Shown here piece after piece: positions 16,281 to 24,036 of a DNA stretch of 32,000 nucleotides. The notes beneath the pieces were generated by a model. It did not search any database. It saw only the letters and a program-made list of their open reading frames with translations, and had not been told where the DNA came from. The DNA is from an uncultured Chloroflexia bacterium (GTDB taxonomy: Bacteria; Chloroflexota; Anaerolineae; Anaerolineales; Anaerolineaceae), in NCBI GenBank assembly GCA_963704755.1, contig OY969938.1, forward strand, positions 3,600,001 through 3,632,000, read 5' to 3'. Both the position numbers and the translations under genes were made by a program. Position 1 is the first letter of the stretch. The number at the start of each line of letters is the position of its first letter.

Positions 16281-17210
16281 ATGACAGACAACAGCTCCGT
16301 GGCATCTGCATCCTCCCGGCGGATCTTCCCCCAAAAGGTGGTCCGCCGGGAGACCATCACCGGCTGGCTGTACGTGGTGCCCGCGCTGGTGATGTATGCA
16401 GTGTTTGTGCTGGTGCCCCTCTTGATGAGTATTCGGTACTCGTTCTATAGTTGGAACGGTATCGGAGCAATGCATTGGGTGGGGCTGAAGAACTATGTGA
16501 CTGTCTTTAAGGTTCCTGACCTTATAGGTACCATTTTTAATGCATTCAAACTGGTCTTGTTTTTTAGCATCATCCCGGTAGCGCTTGGGCTCCTGGTCGC
16601 GAGTGTCATCCACCGCGTGGCGCCCGGCCAATTCGGAGAGGTAGCCCGGACCGTTTTGTTTCTTCCCCAAATTATTCCGCTCGTCGCAGCGGGGATCATC
16701 TGGGGCTGGCTGCTGGCTCTTCCGGGCCTGGTCAACGAGATCCTCAAGGCAGTTGGGCTCAGTGTGGTTGCCCGCGCCTGGCTGGGTGACTTTACCTGGG
16801 CGCTCCCCGCGGTGGGCTTCATCGGTGTTTGGGTGCTGTTGGGGTTCTGTACTGTCTTGCTGCTGACCGGCATCAATAAGATCGATCCGTCTCTGTACGA
16901 ATTGGCCAGGATCGACGGCGCCAGTTGGTGGGAAGAATTCACCTCGATCACCATGCCGCTGCTGAAAAATGAGATCGGTGTCTGTCTCACCGTCACCGTG
17001 ACCAATGCGCTGGCCGCATTCGATATCGTTTATGTGACCACGGCCGGCGGCCCCGGTAATACCACTTCGGTGCCCGGAATCCAAATTTATATCCTCGCTT
17101 TTACCCAGCAGCGGATTGGCCTGGCCTCTGCTCTGGCGGTTTTGCTCATGATCCTGGTTGTGGTGGTCATTCTTCCTATCCAACGCCTGAGCAGGGAGTC
17201 CACGTTATGA
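16281..17210 (+). CDS. ABC sugar transporter permease (MalF/UgpA-like)
   Basis: Multi-TM protein with the EAA-type loop region ...IDPSLYELARIDGASWWEEFTSITMPLL. The track ORF begins at a GTG (16242); the first ATG is at 16281. Confidence 0.85.
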   Translation: MTDNSSVASASSRRIFPQKVVRRETITGWLYVVPALVMYAVFVLVPLLMSIRYSFYSWNGIGAMHWVGLKNYVTVFKVPDLIGTIFNAFKLVLFFSIIPVALGLLVASVIHRVAPGQFGEVARTVLFLPQIIPLVAAGIIWGWLLALPGLVNEILKAVGLSVVARAWLGDFTWALPAVGFIGVWVLLGFCTVLLLTGINKIDPSLYELARIDGASWWEEFTSITMPLLKNEIGVCLTVTVTNALAAFDIVYVTTAGGPGNTTSVPGIQIYILAFTQQRIGLASALAVLLMILVVVVILPIQRLSRESTL

Positions 17211-18031
17211 AAATTTCGCGCGGCGAACTTATTTCAGGCCATGCTTTATTAGTGATCTTGATGCTGATCACGGTTCTGCCCTTCATCAGCATTTTTACGA
17301 CCGCGCTGTACCCATCGGGAACGGTTCCCGACGGGCTTTCATGGCCTGCAAACCCTCAGTGGGGTAATTTCATCGCTGCTTTCAAAGTGGCGAACATGAG
17401 CACACTCCTGGCTTCGAGCTCATTCATTGTGCTCGCCGTCGTACCGATTTCGTTGCTCATCTCCACCATGGCGGCCTTCGCTATTGGCCAATTAAAGATT
17501 CCGGGATCGCGATTTCTCTTGATCTTGTTTGTATTTGGCCTGACCCTCCCGATGGGTGGCATCATCGTTCCGCTCTATTATCTCGAGCGCCAGATGGGCA
17601 TTTACAACACCCGGTTCGCTATTGTGCTGCCGCTGATCGCCCTGTACATGCCGTTCGCCGTTTTCTGGATGCGCACGCATTTTGTCAACATGCCGCCGGA
17701 AATCTCGGAAGCGGCTCGCGTGGACGGCGCCTCCACCGGTGACCTGTTCTGGCGAATTCATTTACCCCTGGCCCAGGCTCCATTGACCTCGCTCGGCATC
17801 CTTATGTCCGTCTGGACGTGGAACCAGTTCCTGTTAGCCCTGGTGCTGGTCGAGGACCCCTCGCATCGGACGATGGCAGGCGCCTTGGGCGCTTTTCAAG
17901 GGCACTATGCGACCGATGTTCCCCTCCTATGTGCCGGCACGATCCTGATTCTGGTACCTACCCTGATCATCTTCGTGATTTTCCAACGCCAGATCATATC
18001 GGCAATGCTGCAAGGTTCCATCAAGGGTTAA
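17207..18031 (+). CDS. ABC sugar transporter permease (MalG/UgpE-like)
   Basis: 274 aa. ATGA start/stop overlap with the upstream permease. EAA loop: EISEAARVDGASTGDLFWRIHLPLA. Confidence 0.88.
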   Translation: MKISRGELISGHALLVILMLITVLPFISIFTTALYPSGTVPDGLSWPANPQWGNFIAAFKVANMSTLLASSSFIVLAVVPISLLISTMAAFAIGQLKIPGSRFLLILFVFGLTLPMGGIIVPLYYLERQMGIYNTRFAIVLPLIALYMPFAVFWMRTHFVNMPPEISEAARVDGASTGDLFWRIHLPLAQAPLTSLGILMSVWTWNQFLLALVLVEDPSHRTMAGALGAFQGHYATDVPLLCAGTILILVPTLIIFVIFQRQIISAMLQGSIKG

Positions 18032-18200
18032 ACAGCAAGACCAAAAGCAGAAGGTCAATCCATCCGTTGAAGCCTGTACTGTAAATGATGATGGTAGTGA
18101 ATGAGCTTAAGCCATGGAACGTTTATCTGCTTCCAGGCCTGGCTTTATGTTCTTATCGGAAACGATATTTCAGTACACGCATTCAAGTAGCTGGTTACAG

Positions 18201-19667
18201 ATGAGCGTAAAGAATAAAGTTCAATTAATCACCTATGCAGATTCATTAGGCGGAAACCTGAACGCATTGAAGCGTGTTCTGGATACGCATTTCAAAGGTT
18301 TGTTTGCGGGTGGAATCCATATCCTTCCGCCCTTTCCTTCCACAGGGGATCGTGGCTTTTCTCCGGTTTCCTATTTCCAGATCGAGCCGGCTTTTGGAAG
18401 TTGGGAGGACATCCAGGCACTGGCCAGGGACCATGACATTCTGTTGGATTTAATGGTGAACCACATTTCATCCCAATCCACCTATTTCCTGGATTTTCTA
18501 AAAAACGGCTCGAAGTCTGATTGTGCGGATATGTTCCTGCCGGTCCAGAAGATATGGCCGGATGGCAAGCCTAAAAAAGAAGACCTGAAGAAGATATTCT
18601 TGCGCAGGATGGTGCCTTTTTCGGATTTTATGGTTGGCGAGGGCGAAAAACAAACTTTGTGGACCACCTTTGGAGAGGGTGATCCATCCGACCAGGTGGA
18701 TGTGGACGTTCATTCACCGGTGACCCAGGCCTTATTTACCAGAATCATCGAGTTCTTTCACGCGAACCAGGTCAAAATCATTCGATTGGATGCCGTGGGG
18801 TATGTCATCAAAAAAGCCGGCACCTCGTGCTTTTTCGTCGAACCGGAAATCTACCAGTTCATGGATTGGATCCGAGATGTGGCGGCAAAAAACGAGATCG
18901 AGCTGCTGCCCGAGCTTCACGATGAATATGCCACCCAGCACGAATTAACCGAACACGGTTACTGGATGTACGATTTTATCCTGCCTTATTTGATCCTGGA
19001 AACGTTGATCCAAAAGCACAGCCGAAAACTGAAGGAATATTTGAAGATCCGGCCATCCCGGCAGTTCACTATGCTGGATTGTCACGATGGCATTCCGGTC
19101 AAACCCGATTTAAACGGTTTTTACCATCCGGAGGATGTGCGCGAGTTGGTCGATGTGTGTGTACAGCGCGGCGCGGATCTGAGCCGGGTGTTATCCACTG
19201 AACATAAAGACGCGGATGGTTTTGACGTCCATCAAATTTGCGGCACCTATTATTCGATGCTGAACGAGGACGACCAGGCTTATTTTGCCGCCCGGGCGAT
19301 CCAGCTTTTTACGCCGGGAATCCCCCAAATCTATTATGTCGGGCTGCTGGCCGGGTCGAACGACGTCGCGGCGGTAGAGCAATCGGGGGAAAGGCGCGAG
19401 ATCAACCGGCATTCGTATACCCTGGAGGAAATCGAGCGCGAAGTTGAGCGACCGGTGGTCAAACGCTTGCTGCGCCTGATCGAATTTCGAAATACCTACC
19501 CGGCCTTCGATGGGGAGTGCCAGGTTGGCGATGGCAGCGACCAGGAAGTGGCGCTCACATGGACGAAAGACAAATACCGGGTAGAATTGCACATTGATTT
19601 GAGCACCGATTTGGTGCGGATCGCGTACAGCGATGCCATGTCGGGGGAGCAGCTCGAACTGGAATAA
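18201..19667 (+). CDS. Sucrose phosphorylase-family glycoside phosphorylase (GH13 subfamily 18); exact substrate undetermined
   Basis: I place the start at MSVKNKVQLITYADSLGG, the typical family N-terminus. Contains FSPVSYFQIEPAFGSWEDI, nucleophile region IRLDAVGY, acid/base region LPELHDEY and CHDGIPV. Confidence 0.8.
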   Translation: MSVKNKVQLITYADSLGGNLNALKRVLDTHFKGLFAGGIHILPPFPSTGDRGFSPVSYFQIEPAFGSWEDIQALARDHDILLDLMVNHISSQSTYFLDFLKNGSKSDCADMFLPVQKIWPDGKPKKEDLKKIFLRRMVPFSDFMVGEGEKQTLWTTFGEGDPSDQVDVDVHSPVTQALFTRIIEFFHANQVKIIRLDAVGYVIKKAGTSCFFVEPEIYQFMDWIRDVAAKNEIELLPELHDEYATQHELTEHGYWMYDFILPYLILETLIQKHSRKLKEYLKIRPSRQFTMLDCHDGIPVKPDLNGFYHPEDVRELVDVCVQRGADLSRVLSTEHKDADGFDVHQICGTYYSMLNEDDQAYFAARAIQLFTPGIPQIYYVGLLAGSNDVAAVEQSGERREINRHSYTLEEIEREVERPVVKRLLRLIEFRNTYPAFDGECQVGDGSDQEVALTWTKDKYRVELHIDLSTDLVRIAYSDAMSGEQLELE

Positions 19668-19692
19668 GAATAACCATTTTGGGGAAGGATTT

Positions 19693-20670
19693 ATGCCATT
19701 AACTTTTGATTTTCCCATTGAACAATTGCGCACCTACCAGGGCATCAACCCGCGGCCGGCGGACTTCGATGCCTATTGGGCCAATGGCATGCAGGAAATG
19801 AACGCACTCGACCCCGAGCTGGAGCTGGTCCCGGCTGCCTTTCAAGCCGAGGGCTGCGAGTGCTTCGACCTGTATTTTACCGGCGTAGGCGGGGCGCGGA
19901 TCCATACCAAATTGCTGCGGCCGAAAGGGGTGAAAACCCCCCATCCGGCCGTGCTGATGTTCCACGGGTATACCGGCAATGCTGGCGATTGGGTGGACAA
20001 GTTGAGCTATGTGGCCCAGGGGTTCACTGTGGCGGCCATGGACTGCCGCGGGCAGGGCGGCTCGTCGGAAGATGCCGGCCGGGTGAGCGGCAATACCCTG
20101 CACGGGCATATCATCCGCGGGCTGGACGACGCCTTGCGCGGCCACCCGGAAAAGCTGATGTTCCGCCAGGTGTTTCTGGATACCGCCCAACTGGCGAAAA
20201 TCGTGATGGCCATGCCCGAAGTGGACCCCGAACGGGTGGGGGCCCTGGGCGGCAGCCAGGGCGGTGCCTTGACGGTGGCCTGTGCGGCGCTCGAGCCGCG
20301 CATCCAGAAGGCCGCCCCGATGTACCCTTTCCTGAGCGACTTCAAGCGAGTCTGGTCGATGGACCAGGGCTACCTGGCCTACCAGGAATTAAAAGAATAT
20401 TTCCGCTTCTTTGACCCGACCCATGAGAACGAAGAGCGGGTTTTCGAGATGCTGGGTTACATCGATATTCAGAACCTGGCCGGGCGGATCGAGGCCGAGG
20501 TGCTCTGGGCGACCGGTTTGATGGACATTACCTGCCCGCCTTCCTCGCAGTTTGCCGCCTATAACAAGATCACCGCGAAGAAAACGATGGTGATCTACCC
20601 TGACTATGATCACGAGGCGCTGCCCGGTTTTAGCGACAGGGCCTTCCAGTTTATGATGGATTTGAAGTAA
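19693..20670 (+). CDS. CE7 acetyl xylan esterase / cephalosporin-C deacetylase family esterase
   Basis: Start at MPLTFDFPIEQLRTYQG after GGAAGGA. CE7 signatures are CRGQGGS, the nucleophile elbow GGSQGG, and DHE near the C-terminus. Confidence 0.85.
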   Translation: MPLTFDFPIEQLRTYQGINPRPADFDAYWANGMQEMNALDPELELVPAAFQAEGCECFDLYFTGVGGARIHTKLLRPKGVKTPHPAVLMFHGYTGNAGDWVDKLSYVAQGFTVAAMDCRGQGGSSEDAGRVSGNTLHGHIIRGLDDALRGHPEKLMFRQVFLDTAQLAKIVMAMPEVDPERVGALGGSQGGALTVACAALEPRIQKAAPMYPFLSDFKRVWSMDQGYLAYQELKEYFRFFDPTHENEERVFEMLGYIDIQNLAGRIEAEVLWATGLMDITCPPSSQFAAYNKITAKKTMVIYPDYDHEALPGFSDRAFQFMMDLK

Positions 20671-20742
20671 GCAGTTTGAAACCCTGCTTGTGCCAGGTGA
20701 ATAATTGAAGCAATGCGGTCTCGTTAAGGCGATTCGCACTTA

Positions 20743-20771
20743 TTGACAGCCCCCAGGGGTTATGCTATTAT
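20743..20771 (+). promoter_or_regulatory. Near-consensus sigma-70 promoter for the GntR-family gene
   Basis: TTGACA (20743-20748), a 17-nt spacer, then TATTAT (20766-20771). Confidence 0.65.
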
Positions 20772-20774
20772 ATA

Positions 20775-20823
20775 GATGTCTATATATATCGAATCGTGAC
20801 GTCTATACAGCGCACGCGTATAC
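20775..20823. promoter_or_regulatory. Repeated GTCTATA boxes (candidate GntR/HutC-type operators)
   Basis: GATGTCTATATA (20775-20786) and GACGTCTATACA (20798-20809) are direct repeats 23 bp apart, and GCGTATAC follows at 20816-20823. GTCTATAC fits the GT-N-TA-N-AC pattern of HutC-subfamily operators. The boxes start right after the -10 element. Confidence 0.5.
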
Positions 20824-20841
20824 CCAAGTTGGGGAGAATCA

Positions 20842-21573
20842 ATGGCTTCACAAATAAACCAAATTAATGGTATTCCTCGTTATGTTCAGGTGCGTGAAAC
20901 CCTGCGTGACGAAATCCAATCCAAGCGGCTGCTTCCAGGGACAAAATTACCTTCTGAAGATGAGCTGGCCAGTCAATACGGCGTCAGCCGGATGACCATC
21001 CGGCAAGGAATGGCTGATCTGTTGGATGAAGGGCTTTTATATCGCAAGCACGGGGTAGGGACGTTTGTTGCCCAACCTCAGGTCAGTCGTGACCATACTC
21101 GGCTGACGAATTTTTTTGAAAGTTCGCAGGCAAACCATGTCGTTGCGACCATGCATGTGTTGATCGCGGATATCCTTCCTTCCAATCTGAAGGTGTCCAA
21201 GGCATTGGCGTTGAAGGAAGGCGAGCTTGCAATCCGGATTAAAACATTACGTTTGGCGGATGGCATCCCGGTGACGGTCCACGACGCGCATGTACCTTAC
21301 AAAATCTTCCCGCAACTCTTGCAGGAAGATTTGGAATCTCACCACTTGTGGGACTACATGGAGCAATATGGATACCCCGTTAAGCGGGCAGTTCAACGCC
21401 TGGAAGCCCACGAAGCTGACGAAGAGATTGCTAGACTGCTAGAGATCGAGGTAGGTGCGCCAATTCTTTACAAAGAGCGCACGGTATATGCCGAAAATGG
21501 CACCCCGGTCGAGTTTACTTACTGCTATAACCGGGGTGATCGGTATTCATTGACTGTTTCCCTCTCACGGTAG
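20842..21573 (+). CDS. GntR-family transcriptional regulator, HutC subfamily (winged HTH plus UTRA domain)
   Basis: 243 aa. N-terminal YVQVRETLRDEIQSKRLLPGTKLPSEDELASQYGVSRMTIRQGMADLLDEGLLYRKHGVGTFV, with a UTRA-like C-terminal half. Confidence 0.88.
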   Translation: MASQINQINGIPRYVQVRETLRDEIQSKRLLPGTKLPSEDELASQYGVSRMTIRQGMADLLDEGLLYRKHGVGTFVAQPQVSRDHTRLTNFFESSQANHVVATMHVLIADILPSNLKVSKALALKEGELAIRIKTLRLADGIPVTVHDAHVPYKIFPQLLQEDLESHHLWDYMEQYGYPVKRAVQRLEAHEADEEIARLLEIEVGAPILYKERTVYAENGTPVEFTYCYNRGDRYSLTVSLSR

Positions 21574-21595
21574 TGAGTGAGCGAGAAGAAAAAGA

Positions 21596-22363
21596 CTATT
21601 CCAGCAGGCCGGCCAGGTCGTGACAGGTTAACCAGGCCCCTGGCGTTATCGGGCTGCGATTGGCTGCAAGTCGCATTGGAGCATCCGGTTCTCCCAGGTC
21701 GCTGACAACCAGGCATGCTTCCGAAAAGTCTTCTTCGACCGTGTAACTGCTCATGGTGATTACGCATTGTAATCCGGCTGCATTAGCGGCCAGTAACCCA
21801 TTGCGTAAGTCCTCGATGACAATGGCCTGTTGGGAGGATAAATGCAGTTCTTTGAGGGCCAGAAGGTAAATATCTGGAGCAGGTTTTTTGTGGGGAACAA
21901 CGTCACCGGCCAGCACCAGAAAATGACCGGCCAACTCGGGCCCAACAACGTGTTCCAGCACACCGCGCACCAATTCCTCAGCCGAGGTCGAAGCTACGGC
22001 CAGCTTCCAACCCAGCGCAAAGGCTTCCTGGCTGATCCGCCGGATGCCGGGGCGGCCGGGCAAACGGCCTGCGCGGATAAATTGCTTGAAAATCTCGGTC
22101 TTTTCGTGATGCCAGGTACTGAGATAGCTATTGAGCGCGCTGGCTTCCTGTGCCAGGCCGGCGGATGTGCAAAACTCCGGTGTAAGCAAACTGGCCATGC
22201 GCTCTTTGCCCCCACCAATCTTCAGCTTCTCAGCGTACTCCTCCTCGCTCCAGTGTACCGGCAGCCCATATTTTTGGAAAGTTTGGTTAAAGGCAGGCAA
22301 ATGGCCGTAGCGTTCTGTGTCCGCAAGAACGCCATCGCAGTCGAAGATCAGGGCATTGTTCAT
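21596..22363 (-). CDS. HAD-IA family phosphatase (CbbY-like sugar-phosphate phosphatase)
   Basis: Start at MNNALIFDCDGVLADTE (DxDG motif I). The upstream part of the track ORF is actually the other-frame C-terminus of the aldolase. Also contains VASTS and a late GDVVPHKKPAPDIY...IEDLRNG. Confidence 0.8.
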   Translation of the reverse strand: MNNALIFDCDGVLADTERYGHLPAFNQTFQKYGLPVHWSEEEYAEKLKIGGGKERMASLLTPEFCTSAGLAQEASALNSYLSTWHHEKTEIFKQFIRAGRLPGRPGIRRISQEAFALGWKLAVASTSAEELVRGVLEHVVGPELAGHFLVLAGDVVPHKKPAPDIYLLALKELHLSSQQAIVIEDLRNGLLAANAAGLQCVITMSSYTVEEDFSEACLVVSDLGEPDAPMRLAANRSPITPGAWLTCHDLAGLLE

Positions 22364-23216
22364 GCTTTTCCTGCCGATCCAAATACATTTAAGTACCCTG
22401 TCACCATTTCTTCCAGATTTCGCCGAATGTAGTCGAATAATTTCACCGGTTCCCATTGAGCTTTCTGCTCTGCCTCTTTAAAGATCCCAGGCTAGACTGC
22501 ATATAGTTCATTTTTAGGGCGGTGGATATATTTACCTTAGCACAGCCACGCGCGATCAAATCACGGAACTGGTCATCGGAAAGACCGGTGCCGCCATGAA
22601 GCGCCATTGGAATGGGATGCGCAGTCGCGATATCGGTAATTAAATTCGCATTTAGATGCGGCGTATCTTTATACAATCCGTGGGCGTTACCGATAGCCGG
22701 CGCAAAACAGTCGATCCCAGTAGCAGCAATGAAATCGAGTGAAGCTTGCAAACTGTTCTGGGCTCCCGGACTGGCCTGGCTTTCGATTTCTTCGACGCGG
22801 TGAATGGGCTCTATTTCGCCTTCCACCCCGGCACCAAATCGTTTTGCTTCAGCCACCACCTCAATCGTTTGGCGGCGGTTTTCCGCCAATGGGAGCCTGG
22901 ACGCGTCAAACAGGACAGAGCCCCATCCGGCCGCCAGGCAGGTGGAAATCAGTGTGCGGTCAGCACAATGATCCAAATGGAGGCAGGCAGGTACCCGTAC
23001 CTTTTTAGCCATTTCGGCCCACATCGCAAAAAGCACATCTGGGCCGATCGCCTGAACCGTTTTAACCGAGGTTTGGAGGATGACCGGAGAGTTCGCTTCT
23101 TCAGCAGCGTGCAGCACCGCTTGCATGCTGAGACCATCGACAATGTTGAAAGCACCGATGCCATACCGATGAGAGAAGGCATCCTTTATAATTTCCTGGA
23201 ATGAAGTAATTGGCAT
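22360..23216 (-). pseudogene. Class II fructose/tagatose-bisphosphate aldolase family gene interrupted by a 1-nt frameshift near 22486-22488
   Basis: The annotated frame reads ...CAKVNISTALKMNYMQSSLGSLKRQSRKLNGNR* and stops at 22443. The -1 frame continues from the GGG run as IFKEAEQKAQWEPVKLFDYIRRNLEEMVTGYLNVFGSAGKA*. That restores a family-typical length and C-terminus, and its TGA (22360-22362) overlaps the HAD ATG as ATGA. Confidence 0.65.
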
Positions 23217-23314
23217 AGTGAATACCTCCCTTCACGATTATTTTACACTCGAACGTAGATTCATGAGAGAAATTTTCCCGGATAGGTTAGCCTAACAAGT
23301 TGCTTGTTTATCAA

Positions 23315-23345
23315 ATCTTCCAGCCGGTCTGACCGGCTGGAAGAT
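23315..23345 (-). terminator. Hairpin terminator candidate after rpiA
   Basis: ATCTTCCAGCCGGTC (23315-23329) pairs with GACCGGCTGGAAGAT (23331-23345). It lies 8 nt past the rpiA stop and is T-rich on both flanks (TTTGAT on the minus strand, TTTCG on the plus strand). Confidence 0.55.
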
Positions 23346-23352
23346 TTTCGCT

Positions 23353-24036
23353 TCAGGCTCCCTTGTGCAAGGTGCGCACACCGCCGGATGCAGCAATGAT
23401 GCACTCGTCGGCCATATCAAGAAAAAGACCGTGCCCGAGGACACCCGGGTAAGTGTTCAACCGGGCTGCCAGACGGCCTGCGTAAAAAATACCACAATCG
23501 AACCGGCACAACGCGATAAAGTTGCCATTATCGGTCACCACCGGTTGCCCGTTGGCTTCCAGGTACAGTTCTGCCCGACTACAGAGTGACGCCAACCACC
23601 TCAAGTGCGTTTCAGCTTCAAATTGCAGGATTTCCACCGGAAGTGGGCCACGCCCCAGCCGCTTCACCTGTTTGGATTCGTCAGCAATAATGACGATCCG
23701 CCTGGCATAGGTCAATACGACCTTTTCTCGTAACAATGCCCGTCCCAAGCCCTTGATCAGGTTCAAGTGCATATCTATTTCGTCGGCTCCGTCCACTGCC
23801 AGGTCCAGGCTGGGACGGTCCTTTAGGCTTGTCAATGGAATGCCCATCTGTTCGGCTAGCGCCTCAGTTGCTTTGGATGCCGGGACGGCACGAATGTCCC
23901 GTAATTCGCCGTGCTGGATTTTATCTCCCAGTAAACGAGTGAAGCAGTCAACCGTCGAGCCGCTGCCAATTCCCAGGGTTTGTCCATCGCTAACGTGAGA
24001 TAGCGCCTGGGCAGCCGCCATTTCTTTTAAATTCAT
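23353..24036 (-). CDS. rpiA: Ribose-5-phosphate isomerase A
   Basis: 227 aa. Contains GIGSGSTV, DLAVDGADEID and LIKGLGRALLREKV. ATGA overlap with the transketolase stop. Confidence 0.88.
   Translation of the reverse strand: MNLKEMAAAQALSHVSDGQTLGIGSGSTVDCFTRLLGDKIQHGELRDIRAVPASKATEALAEQMGIPLTSLKDRPSLDLAVDGADEIDMHLNLIKGLGRALLREKVVLTYARRIVIIADESKQVKRLGRGPLPVEILQFEAETHLRWLASLCSRAELYLEANGQPVVTDNGNFIALCRFDCGIFYAGRLAARLNTYPGVLGHGLFLDMADECIIAASGGVRTLHKGA

Noticed and set aside
14779-17183. Long minus-strand ORFs 14779-15648 (289 aa) and 16215-17183 (322 aa)
   Set aside because: They are antisense shadows of the binding-protein and permease genes. Their composition is Arg/Gly/His-rich with no TM or enzyme motifs, and they conflict with well-supported plus-strand genes.
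18032-18200. Possible third LacI operator (GGAAACGATATTTCAG) upstream of the phosphorylase gene
   Set aside because: The half-sites only loosely resemble TGAAAG/CTTTCA, and the symmetry is imperfect. It is not distinguishable from chance.
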